Positions 44,901-54,807 of a stretch of DNA of 58,253 nt are shown one piece after another. Numbering within the stretch: the stretch's first letter is position 1; each line of letters opens with the position of its first letter. The notes beneath the pieces were generated by a model. That model made no database searches. It saw nothing but the letters and a program-made list of their open reading frames with translations, and was not told where the DNA came from. This DNA is from Thraustochytrium aureum (Eukaryota), in contig BLSG01000021.1 of assembly GCA_012862495.1 (NCBI GenBank), forward strand, positions 13,297 through 71,549. Direction: 5' to 3'. Both the position numbers and the translations under genes were made by a program.

Positions 44901-46778
44901 GCCCCACGTTTTCTTGGAAAGCCGCCGAGGCTGCGCGACGGCAGTTGACCTCGCGGTCAAAGACGGCCGTGACAAGCATCTGGGGGCAGAGTTGCGACAC
45001 GTGCGGGGCCATCACGGTGGGCTCGTACGCGCGCGCAAAGGCCCAGCACACGTAGCATGCGGCGTCGCGTACATTCGCGCCGACTGAGTTGTGGCCGCGG
45101 CGCACGTCGTAGACCAAAGCTTGGACAACAAAAGGAACGACTTTTCCGAGTCGATCTGGAAGCAGCAGGCCGCGACGCGCCAGCTCCGCGAGGGCCAAAC
45201 AGCCCCCGTGCCAGGCCGAGTCGCCCTCGGAGGCGTCGAAGAGCTCGAGCACAAACGCAACGACGTCGTCCGCGAGCTCGAGCGGTAGCCTGCTCGTAAT
45301 GCGTCCGATCCCCTTGGCAGCCGACCACCTGACGATAGTGTCGCGGTCGCGCAGGCCGCACAGGAGCTTTTCGATGACGTCCTCAACCTCCTCCGGGATG
45401 TCCATGTTGCCCTCGTCGGTCTCGCCGTCGTGTCCAGGCCCGGCCGCCTCTGAAGCGGGGGCCCCGGCCGCACCAGGACCGTCCCGTCCCATGTTTTGCA
45501 GCAGCGAACGCTTGCCGCGCTGGTATCGCCAGGCGACGACCTTTGGCGGCAAAAAGTTGAGCCCGGTGCGCTGGACGAGCTTCATCGTAAGCTTGCGCTC
45601 TAACGAGCTTTGCCCGTCCCCGTTGGTGACCGCCAGAACGCGGCTAAAGATGACCGGAATGTGCGACACGAGCTTTTCGCGGTGCCCGTGTTTGAACACC
45701 TCGGTGAGCGCCTGAAATACACCTGTGATCAAGAAAGGGTCTGAGGCTATCGAGGAGCCGCCANNNNNNNNNNNNNNNNNNNNNNNNNNNNNNNNNNNNN
45801 NNNNNNNNNNNNNNNNNNNNNNNNNNNNNNNNNNNNNNNNNNNNNNNNNNNNNNNNNNNNNNNNNNNNNNNNNNNNNNNNNNNNNNNNNNNNNNNNNNNN
45901 NNNNNNNNNNNNNNNNNNNNNNNNNNNNNNNNNNNNNNNNNNNNNNNNNNNNNNNNNNNNNNNNNNNNNNNNNNNNNNNNNNNNNNNNNNNNNNNNNNNN
46001 NNNNNNNNNNNNNNNNNNNNNNNNNNNNNGTGAGGAGGCGGGCGAGGCAGATGGCCGCCGCTTCCCGGCAAGGTCCGGAGTCCGCGAGGTAGCCCTTGCA
46101 GAGCTCGGTGACGGTGCTGACGAGGGAGCCCTGGGCGTCGGACCTGGACAAGGTGGAGTCGACGGTTTCCAGGTCGAACGGGATGAGCACGAGCATGGAC
46201 ATCCAGAGAAGCAGCGAGTAGCGGGTTTCCCAGGTCTCGTAGTCCCTTGCGTCCTGGCACTGCAAGAGCCAGAGTAGGGGCTCAAGGTCGGCTACCTCGT
46301 GCGGGAGGTGCTTGACGATCGCCTTGTAGCCTCGCACTTTGCAAAGCGTGTAGAGGATTTTGAGGACCAGCTGGAGCCCGTTGTTGTGGTAGACCTGGAA
46401 AGGAAACGGGTTTGGGCTGCTTGATCCCTCGTTGGCCCCCTCTGATGCTGCAATGCGCTCGCGCTCGCGGAGTTGCACCACTTGCTTGACTGTTCCCATC
46501 AAGGCGGAAACGAGCGTCTCGAGATGCTTGTCCAAAAGGTGAGACTGCTCTTGGTACTTCTCCAGCACCTGGTTGGCGCGGTCTGCGGCGACCTGCTCTG
46601 TGCTCAGCTCTCCGCCTCCGCCCTGGTTGGGCGAGACGGGTGGGACTGGCTTGGCGCCGTGGTCGCGCACGGCGGCGCCGCAAACGATCTCGATCGCTTT
46701 GAGGCACTCGTCCTTGTCGAGGAAGTGGTCGTCATCTGACCTCACAACGTTCAACGCGCCGTCGTTCGGCGCGGCCAT
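41981..46778 (-). CDS. TBCD: Tubulin-specific chaperone D; gaps at 45764-46029 and 42530-42564, frameshift at ~44307
   Basis: [97 protein letters not shown] and LGHKYPRVR. Confidence 0.95.
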
Positions 46779-47224
46779 CGTATCTGTGCTCGCGGGCTGT
46801 TGTTGCGCCGGGGATTTCTTATCTCCGCACCGTTTCGAGCGCTCGGTCGTGCAGAGAGTCTGCGTCGCCTCGACCTAGCCAGGCTTTTGTGCGCTGCGCC
46901 AGGTCACGTCCGTCCTCGCGCCTTGCTGCGAACGCGTCGCCGTCCCGCCTTCGCACTGGCCCAGCACTCGCGCTCGGGTTGCGCGACTGCTTGCCAGCTC
47001 GAGAGGATGTTCTTTCTCAACCGCCGACAAGGCGGGGCGAAGAACAAAGGAGCGTTTCCCGCAGTGGGCAAATCTCAGATCTGAGAAATCTGAACTGAAT
47101 TCTGAGATCTCTCGGGAGCCGCTCGGGCTGATGCAAAAGACAATTGGTCTGTGCAAGAAGGCTCGTGTTCGATTACGCTGGTCTGGATGGCGGCGACCTT
47201 GCGACCGTGCCGTGCAGGCGTGGT

Positions 47225-48412
47225 CTAGTGAAAGTCAGTCTTGCGGTTGGCCCAGTGCTCTGAGCCGTCGCTGTTCAAGTTCAGCTGGACGTCCACGGTA
47301 ACCTTGGTCGTGTGCTGGCCGAGCTGCTTTTCGGCGAGGACCTCGAGGTTGGCACCATGCAAGCCCCACCACGGGATATCTGCGCGCAGCGCGCGAAACT
47401 TGTTGTACTCGTCTCGGGCCTCCCACTTGACGTTGCACTTCCAGTCTGTTTTCCGCAAGGCGTCGAGCTTGGTCTTCAGGTCCATCCCCTCGAGGTCCAC
47501 GATTGCGTCTGGAAGCTCCTTTGGGGGGCCGTACACTCGCAACCCCGCCTTGTCAACACGGTTGTGCAGCTCGTCGTCCTCGCCCCCCCAGCCCCAATAC
47601 GTGTTCGGGAAGCCGTCGATTGCCTCGAAGCAGCGCTTGGAAAACGCGACGATACCGCCAAAGTACTTGGGGTTATTGTTGTAGCGGCTCCAGCACCGCG
47701 CGATATGGACCGGCGCAGTGGGCTCTTTTGCGTACCACTCCTTGAGCGGCTCCTGAGGGAGCAGGTCGACATCATGGAAGATGAAAGAATCAAAGCCGTG
47801 GTCTGCCATGGCCTCGGTTGCATACTTGAACCCGATGTTGAGCAGTTTGCCGCGGTTGAACTTGCGACCGTCGTCAGACTGTTCTACCACAATCACGTGA
47901 AAGTGCTCGACTCCCTGCGATTCGGAAAGAAACCTCTCCATGTGCGGAACGAACTGAGCCAGATGTTTGCTGCGCTGCTGGGCGGCGTGCAGGTCGCGGA
48001 ACGGTACGATGATGGCAACCCGCCGCTTGCCCCCGCGTGGGGGCGGCCGTGGTCGCTTGGCTCGTGCGCCGCTTGAGCTCTGGGATCGGCTACTTGCGGC
48101 ACTCTCCTGCGACTGGCTGCGCGGCCGTTTGTTCAGGCCCGCGACGGCATGTGCTCCAGATTCCTCCTCGCCCTCGTCCTCCTCCTCCTCCTCCTCGCCC
48201 TCGTCCCCGTCCTCGTCGCGGCTTTCTGCGGCGGAGCTCGAAGCGCTATTCGCCCTGCGCCTTGCAGAGTCTTTATCGCTCTTCAGGACCGCAGGCAAGT
48301 CTTCCATGCGCCACACCGACTTGCCAGACGCTTGGTGGTAGTAGTAGTCTCGCTTCTGCGAGTTGGAGAACTCCTTGGTCCATCCATCGGGCAGTCTGGC
48401 ATCCTCGCCCAT
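47225..48412 (-). CDS. WW domain + GT7 (beta-1,4-galactosyltransferase family) protein lacking a signal anchor
   Basis: WW: LPDGWTKEFSNSQKRDYYYHQASGKSVW. GT7: VAIIVPFRD, VVEQ...FNRGKLLNIGF, FHDVDLLP (DxD), YFGG and GFPNTYWGWGGEDDE. Confidence 0.9.
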   Translation of the reverse strand: MGEDARLPDGWTKEFSNSQKRDYYYHQASGKSVWRMEDLPAVLKSDKDSARRRANSASSSAAESRDEDGDEGEEEEEEDEGEEESGAHAVAGLNKRPRSQSQESAASSRSQSSSGARAKRPRPPPRGGKRRVAIIVPFRDLHAAQQRSKHLAQFVPHMERFLSESQGVEHFHVIVVEQSDDGRKFNRGKLLNIGFKYATEAMADHGFDSFIFHDVDLLPQEPLKEWYAKEPTAPVHIARCWSRYNNNPKYFGGIVAFSKRCFEAIDGFPNTYWGWGGEDDELHNRVDKAGLRVYGPPKELPDAIVDLEGMDLKTKLDALRKTDWKCNVKWEARDEYNKFRALRADIPWWGLHGANLEVLAEKQLGQHTTKVTVDVQLNLNSDGSEHWANRKTDFH

Positions 48413-48669
48413 CCTGGCCTCCAAGCGCGCTCGCCCAACAGCGCCTCGTCCTGGGTATCACCGCGTTCTTTTCGCTTGCCGCAAAGTTACAGGTCCTGCT
48501 GCTTGCTCCGGTGCGCCGCCAATTGCACGCAGCAGATTCCACCCCCGACTCTAGTTTCTCACTGCCCGCGCTGCTGGCGCTCTCCCTTTTGTCAAGCCGC
48601 TCGAGCCGTCTCGAGCATGTCTGCAAGAGCGCCCGTAGTCCTGTGCACGTGGCCCGCTGCCACTCCTCT

Positions 48670-49320
48670 TGCTCTGCTGCTGGTGCTGGTCGCGCTGGTC
48701 GTGCTGCTGGTCCTGGTCGTGCTGGTCGTGCTCGGTCTCCTGGCCGTGGTCAACTCGCGCTGGAGCTCGTGCTGCTCGTGATACTGGTGCTGCTCGTGCT
48801 GGAGGTCGTGCGCGTGCTGCGTTGCTGGTGTTCGTTGGTGCTGCTGTGCTGCTGCTGCTGCTGCTGGTTCTGGTACCGCTGCTGGTGCTGCTCGTGCTGG
48901 AGGTCGTGCACGTGCCGGCACGCTCGTGCAGTTAGTTACCAGTGCTCGTTGGTGGTGGTGCTGGTGCTGGTGCTGCTGCCGGAGCTCCTCCTGCTGGTGC
49001 TGCTCGCGCTGGTGCTGGTGCTGGTGCTGCTGGTGCTGCTCCTGGTGGTGCTGCTGCTGCTGGGGCGTCGCGGGTGGCCTTGCGACAGGGTGAGTCTGCT
49101 GCTCGTTGTCGCTCGTGGAGTCTGTCTGCATCAGTTGACGTGGCAGTGAATGTTTACAAGTAGGAAGGAGGACAACGAGGAGGCGGAGGAGGCAGAGCCG
49201 CTTTGCGTCGAGGCGGCCGGAGCAGCGGCGAGCGGGCGAAGGAGGGAGGGAGGGAGGGGAGGGAGAGAGAGGGTCGGAGAGGGAGAGGCGAGGCGGAGAG
49301 ACGCGGCGCGAGGCTAGAGC
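48670..49320. repeat. CTG/GTG-rich low-complexity tract followed by a GA-rich polypurine tract, between the divergent GT7 and RER1 genes
   Basis: Repeated gtgctgctg / gctggt units at 48670-49070; ggagggagggagagag tract at ~49235-49320. Confidence 0.75.
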
Positions 49321-49375
49321 GGAGGCGCGGGAGTGGTCGTAGCGCAAGGTTGACGGTTTGGACGTGACCGCCGCG

Positions 49376-50128
49376 ATGGAAGGCCCAGAACAGGGCGAGG
49401 CGTCGGTCGTGGAGCAGGTGTGGGTGCAGTTTGGGAGGCGGTATCAGCATGTCCTGGACAGGTCGACCATCTGGGTCAAGACGCGCTGGGCTTCGCTGGC
49501 AGGCGTCCTGGCTTTGTACTTGCTCAGGGTCTACCTGCTCAACGGGTGGTTTATCGTCACGTACGGGCTCGGGATTTACCTTCTCAACCTGTTTATCGGA
49601 TTCCTGTCCCCGCAGATTGACCCAGAGACAGAGGGCCCCGTGCTGCCAACTGGCAAGGATGGCGAGTTTCGACCCTTTTCGCGCCGCGTGCCCGAGTTTA
49701 AGTTCTGGCTGAGGTACGTTTGATTGGCGCGTTTTGGCTTTGAAAGCATGGCTCCTCCTGCATGGCCGCGCGCTTGGCGTCCCAGCTCGCCTTCTCAGCT
49801 CTGAGCCTAGCCCCCCGAGCATGTTGGAGCGGCTCGCATGTTTGACTATCGTGTGCTGACGCGCTTGTTGCTCCGCGGCGTCTGTCTGAACAGCTCGATG
49901 AACGCCTCGGCGACGGCCATCGTGATGACGTTTTTCAAAATGTTTGACATCCCGGTGTTTTGGCCGATCTTGCTAATTTACTTCATCGCCCTGTTTATTT
50001 TGACAATGCGGCGGCAGATCGCGCACATGATTAAGCACAAGTACGTTCCGTGGAGCTGGGGCAAGGCAAAGTACAATCGCAAAGACCCGCTCGACGCGCC
50101 GGGGGGCTCCAAAGGCCTCTCGCTGTGA
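49376..50128 (+). CDS. RER1: ER retrieval receptor RER1; exons 49376-49713 and 49894-50128
   Basis: [57 protein letters not shown] and [13 protein letters not shown]. Splicing gives FWLS-SMNA in frame. Confidence 0.95.
49714..49893 (+). other. Spliceosomal GT-AG intron (180 nt) in RER1
   Basis: Donor AG|gtacgt, branch-like gctgac at ~49855, acceptor aacag|C. Removal restores the RER1 frame. Confidence 0.88.
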
Positions 50129-50438
50129 CCTGCCGCGAACGGCGCCGCAGCCTGCGCAGCAGGGCGCCGTAGCAACAACACAGTTGCTTCGGGCACGCCA
50201 CGGCCCTTCCCCGATTTTGGGGCAGTGTCGCGAATCCCTTTTCCCGCTTAGACGAGCTGAACGATAGCGGTGGGGCGAGCGTAGGCACCGGGTGCCCCTG
50301 GCTTGTTTTCGCGTCGAGGACCTGGGTAAAGGAGACAAGGAGAGCAGTCCGGAGCTGTCGTTGACGAGCTCGCCTCAGAGAAATAAATAGATTCTCGTTT
50401 GCGCTAACTGCTGTGTCCTGATGCACCGAGAAGGGCGA

Positions 50439-51766
50439 CTACGTCCTGCGGCGTTTGCGGGTCTCTGTTTCGCGCGATTTGTCCTCCAAGATCGATTTGA
50501 ACTCGGCTACGAGCTTGTCTTCGCGCTTGAGCTTTTCGTCGTACTTTTGAAGCGCAAGCTGCGTCTTCTCCTCCGCGGTCAAAACCTGGTTCTCCTTCCG
50601 TAACCGGACCGCGTTCATGCGTTTGTGGCGCGACCCGCTCATCACGTAGCCGACGCTCTCATACGCCTGAATCTCCTCGCCGGTCAAGCCCACCTCGCCT
50701 CGGCGCGGGATCCGCATGTTGTTTTTCACAAATTGAGCTATCTTGCTGCCCTCCCCGCGCAAAAGAGCCCCGCCGTAGTCAGCGCTGCCCCCAGCGCCTA
50801 GGCCGGGCTGGCTGCTCGACAGCCCTGGCGCAGACCCAGCCTGCGCCGCATCAAGCGGCTTGGGCCCAACGTCGTCATCCTCGTCCCCGTCCGCGCTGGC
50901 GCTGCCTGCAATCAGCGCTGATGGAGCGCGCTGGGCGGACTCGCGCGAGGACCGAGAAGAACAACTCGGGCTTGGGCTGCGCCGCCCGGACTTGGGCCGG
51001 CTTGAAGACCGCGAGCGCCTTGACGACCGCTTCGCCGTTTTTTCTCCGCTCCTTTCTGTCCCTGTCGCGCTTCAGGGACTTGCCGTCGTCGCGCCGCTTT
51101 CGCTTTTCTGTCTTCGAGCGCTTGCGCCGCTTGCGGCTCGACCGACCTGATCGCTCCGAGGACTCATCCGACCCAGAGCGCGAGCCCGACCTCGATCTAC
51201 TTCTTGAACCGCGCGATACGGACGCAGAGGCGTTCGACTCGGCCTCCCAGATTGGGTTGACCGTGCTCGCGCGCAGTCTCATGCGGGCCTCCCGCTGCCT
51301 GGCAGACAGGACTCCTCCTCCTCCTCCGTTTCCGCTGCCGCCACGGCGGCGCCCGCGATCACTATCGGTGAACCTCCCTCTTTCGCCATCGCGGTCGAGC
51401 CCTTGCCGTCCCAGCGCCCGCCCTGCGCGGCACGCCCGCTGTCACGCCCGCTGTGCCCTCGGTCCCGGGCCGCGTCCCTCCCCCCGCTCCATCCGCGCCC
51501 GTGCGTTCCTCGCGTCCCTCATCCCAGTACCTCCCGCGGGGGCGCCTCTCCGACCGATCTCTGAGGCCCTCTCGCGCGCCCGAGCTGCCAAGCTCGCGCT
51601 CTCGTCGCTCCGTCGGTTTCGGCGAGGCGTGCTCGGCGCGGCCCCTTTCGCGGTCGCGCTCTCGTTCCGCACCAGCGGCTGGGCCTGGCAGGTCTGCTGC
51701 GAAGCGATCAGAACCCGCGCCCTCCGGCCTCCACTCGCGGCCACGCCCGCTGCCGCCCCGCTCCAT
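50439..51766 (-). CDS. NKAP: NKAP family protein (RS-rich N-terminus plus DUF926); 2-3 homopolymer frameshifts, start uncertain
   Basis: DYGGALLRGEGSKIAQFV...RIPRRGEVGLTGEEI..YESVGYVMSGSRHKRMNAVRLRKENQV. Upstream RS/acidic frames join at the T6 run 51038-51043 and near 51410-51490. Confidence 0.85.
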
Positions 51767-52487
51767 CGCGCCCCGCGCGCCCTCGCTCGCTCGCTCGATC
51801 CGGGTCTGCCTGCCTGCCAGTGCATTTTACAATGCATCATTGCAGGGAACATAAAGAACACGCNNNNNNNNNNNNNNNNNNNNNNNNNNNNNNNNNNNNN
51901 NNNNNNNNNNNNNNNNNNNNNNNNNNNNNNNNNNNNNNNNNNNNNNNNNNNNNNNNNNNNNNNNNNNNNNNNNNNNNNNNNNNNNNNNNNNNNNNNNNNN
52001 NNNNNNNNNNNNNNNNNNNNNNNNNNNNNNNNNNNNNNNNNNNNNNNCAGAAGGGAACAGAAAGGAACAGGAAAGAGCCGCTTTTGTTCTTTGTACCGGA
52101 AAGGGAACATATACTCTTGACACCTTCGCGGTCAATAGTTTAGCCTTGCAGGTGAAGGTTATTACTCTTGGATTTTGTTCTCTTGACGCGTTTTTCAAGA
52201 GACAGCGCGGCGCGCAGGAGGACGCGCACTGGCAGATGAGGAAGCAGCTAGCGAGCTTGTATACACGGAGCGCCGCAGAGCAGCAGCAGCGGCGCGCGTC
52301 GGGTGCGGGCATTGGCGCAGGATTCGGGCTTGGCATCGACCTGGCAAGGCCATCGCAAGGTCTCTGGAGGGAGGACGAATAAACGGTTTTGCAGCGGAGG
52401 AAGAAGGAGGCAGCTGCCCGGCTGGCCCAGTGAGGTGGACAAGGACACGCACGCGGACGCTGAGGAAGGGACGCAAGACGCGGAAGA

Positions 52488-53378
52488 ATGGAGCTTGACG
52501 AGCTGTTTTCTGTGCGGAACTTGTTCTGGCTGGGCAACTATGAAACCGCGATTGAAGAAGCCGAGCAAGTGGTGCCCTCCAACGACCGCGAGGCCATCGA
52601 CCGAGATGTGTTTGTGTTTCGCAGCATGATCGGGCTTGGCCAGGCGGCCAAGGTAATTGACAAGGTGCAGGGCCAAGCGTCAACCGATGTGCTCTCCGTC
52701 AAGCTGCTGGCCCAGTTCACCGCACAGCCCGCGCAGGCCGATGCCGTTCGCGAGACGTTCAAGGAGTGGCTCTCCGACGATGTCACGCGGGACAACCAGA
52801 CGGTCCAGTTGATGGCCGGCCTCGTCTACTTTCTTTCGGGCGACACCAAAGAGGCGCTGCGCGCCCTCCACAGCAGGGGCAACCTGGAGCACTCTGCGCT
52901 TCGCGTCCAGATCTACCTCTCGATGAACCGCGTCGACCTCGCGCGCAACGAGCTTGTCGCCATGCAGAGCATCGACGACGACTCGACGCTCACGCAGCTC
53001 GCCAACGCGTGGGTCTACCTCGCCAGCGGGGGTCCCAAGTACCAAGAGGCGGCGTACATTTTCCAGGAGCAGATCGACAAGACCGTCTCGACTGCACGGC
53101 TCCTCAACGGCCTCGCGGTTTGCAACATGCAGATGAAGCGCTTCGAAGAGGCCGAGAGGGTCCTTGCCGAAGCCCATCAGAAGGACCCACGTGACCCTGA
53201 TGTCATCGTCAACCTGCTCTCCTGCATGGCCAATTTGCGCAGGCCGGCGGCAAAGTCGCAGGCCCTTGTGCAAAAGCTAGGGGAGCTTGCACCTGGGCAT
53301 CCCGTCCTTGTGCAACTGCAGCAGTGCTCTAGCAGCTTTGACGAGATCGCGGCCGCAGTCAAGGCCAGCACAGCCTGA
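52488..53378 (+). CDS. COPE: Coatomer subunit epsilon
   Basis: DELFSVRNLFWLGNY, VQIYLSMNRVDLA, DDDSTLTQLANAWV, KYQEAAYIFQE and LLNGLAVC. Confidence 0.95.
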   Translation: MELDELFSVRNLFWLGNYETAIEEAEQVVPSNDREAIDRDVFVFRSMIGLGQAAKVIDKVQGQASTDVLSVKLLAQFTAQPAQADAVRETFKEWLSDDVTRDNQTVQLMAGLVYFLSGDTKEALRALHSRGNLEHSALRVQIYLSMNRVDLARNELVAMQSIDDDSTLTQLANAWVYLASGGPKYQEAAYIFQEQIDKTVSTARLLNGLAVCNMQMKRFEEAERVLAEAHQKDPRDPDVIVNLLSCMANLRRPAAKSQALVQKLGELAPGHPVLVQLQQCSSSFDEIAAAVKASTA

Positions 53379-54807
53379 TGTGGCCAAGCCATATTCCAAA
53401 TGGAACAAGCAAAAAAAACAGATCTTGCACTCTCTTCTGTTGGGCGCCCATCTGCACCCACGTAAGCCAGCTCAGTGCGCGATGCGGAATCTACGCAGCT
53501 TGTCAGTGCGAGCCGCCGGTGTAAGGGCCCCAGAGCCATTAGCGTGAAAGCACAGCACCGTGGCAATCTTGGCGCACAGGAGATGCGCTGCCGGACGCAA
53601 GGATGACGCTGGCANNNNNNNNNNNNNNNNNNNNNNNNNNNNNNNNNNNNNNNNNNNNNNNNNNNNNNNNNNNNNNNNNNNNNNNNNNNNNNNNNNNNNN
53701 NNNNNNNNNNNNNNNNNNNNNNNNNNNNNNNNNNNNNNNNNNNNNNNNNNNNNNNNNNNNNNNNNNNNNNNNNNNNNNNNNNNNNNNNNNNNNNNNNNNN
53801 NNNNNNNNNNNNNNNNNNNNNNNNNNNNNNNNNNNNNNNNNNNNNNNNNNNNNNNNNNNNNNNNNNNNNNNNNNNNNNNNNNNNNNNNNNNNNNNNNNNN
53901 NNNNNNNNNNNNNNNNNNNNNNNNNNNNNNNNNNNNNNNNNNNNNNNNNNNNNNNNNNNNNNNNNNNNNNNNNNNNNNNNNNNNNNNNNNNNNNNNNNNN
54001 NNNNNNNNNNNNNNNNNNNNNNNNNNNNNNNNNNNNNNNNNNNNNNNNNNNNNNNNNNNNNNNNNNNNNNNNNNNNNNNNNNNNNNNNNNNNNNNNNNNN
54101 NNNNNNNNNNNNNNNNNNNNNNNNNNNNNNNNNNNNNNNNNNNNNNNNNNNNNNNNNNNNNNNNNNNNNNNNNNNNNNNNNNNNNNNNNNNNNNNNNNNN
54201 NNNNNNNNNNNNNNNNNNNNNAGCGAGCTTTGAGCTTTGAAAGTGCGTCTCTTCGCCTCTTCGCGGAGCCGCTCAACCAGCCCAGCACTGTGTCCCGTGC
54301 GAGCTGCAGGCCCGATGGCCGCGTTGGCGGTGGCGAGAGCGAGCGAATCTGCCTGAGCTTGCTCGAGCACACTGGGGAGCAACGAGTTGTACTCTACTAG
54401 TAACGAATACAGACGTCTTCGCCGTGACAGGGTGCAGGCGAGTGCTGGCACCGCGTCCTGCCCGCCCAGCGCGCTGCAACGACATTGGAAGAGCAAGTCT
54501 CGTCGCGGAGTCGCTCGACCAGCCCAGCGCGGTAGAGCATTAATTAAGTGTGCCGTGCGAGCTGCGGGCCCGATGATGGCCGCGATGGCGGCCGCGACAC
54601 ATTATGGTGAGAACAAAACGCGCTCTTTTTGTTCGTTTGGTTTTTGGGCTCTCACGAAAAAATCAAACTTGGGACGAGGGACGAACGTGGTTGTTGACGC
54701 GGGACAGGCGAAGGCAGTCGGGGAAGGGCGCGTGGCGTGCCAGGTCTGCTCGGCAGCGAAGCGAGCGAGCGAGCGAGCGAGCGAGCGCGCGCGCGCACGA
54801 CGAGAGG

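Noticed and set aside
3743..48412. Functional link between queuosine salvage (QNG1) and the GT7 enzyme as a galactosyl-queuosine pathway
   Set aside because: The genes are 42 kb apart among unrelated genes, and the known queuosine galactosyltransferase QTGAL is GT2, not GT7.
48037..49149. Plus-strand ORF with very long Leu/Val/Cys hydrophobic runs
   Set aside because: It is a translation of CTG/GTG repeats and overlaps the GT7 gene antisense.
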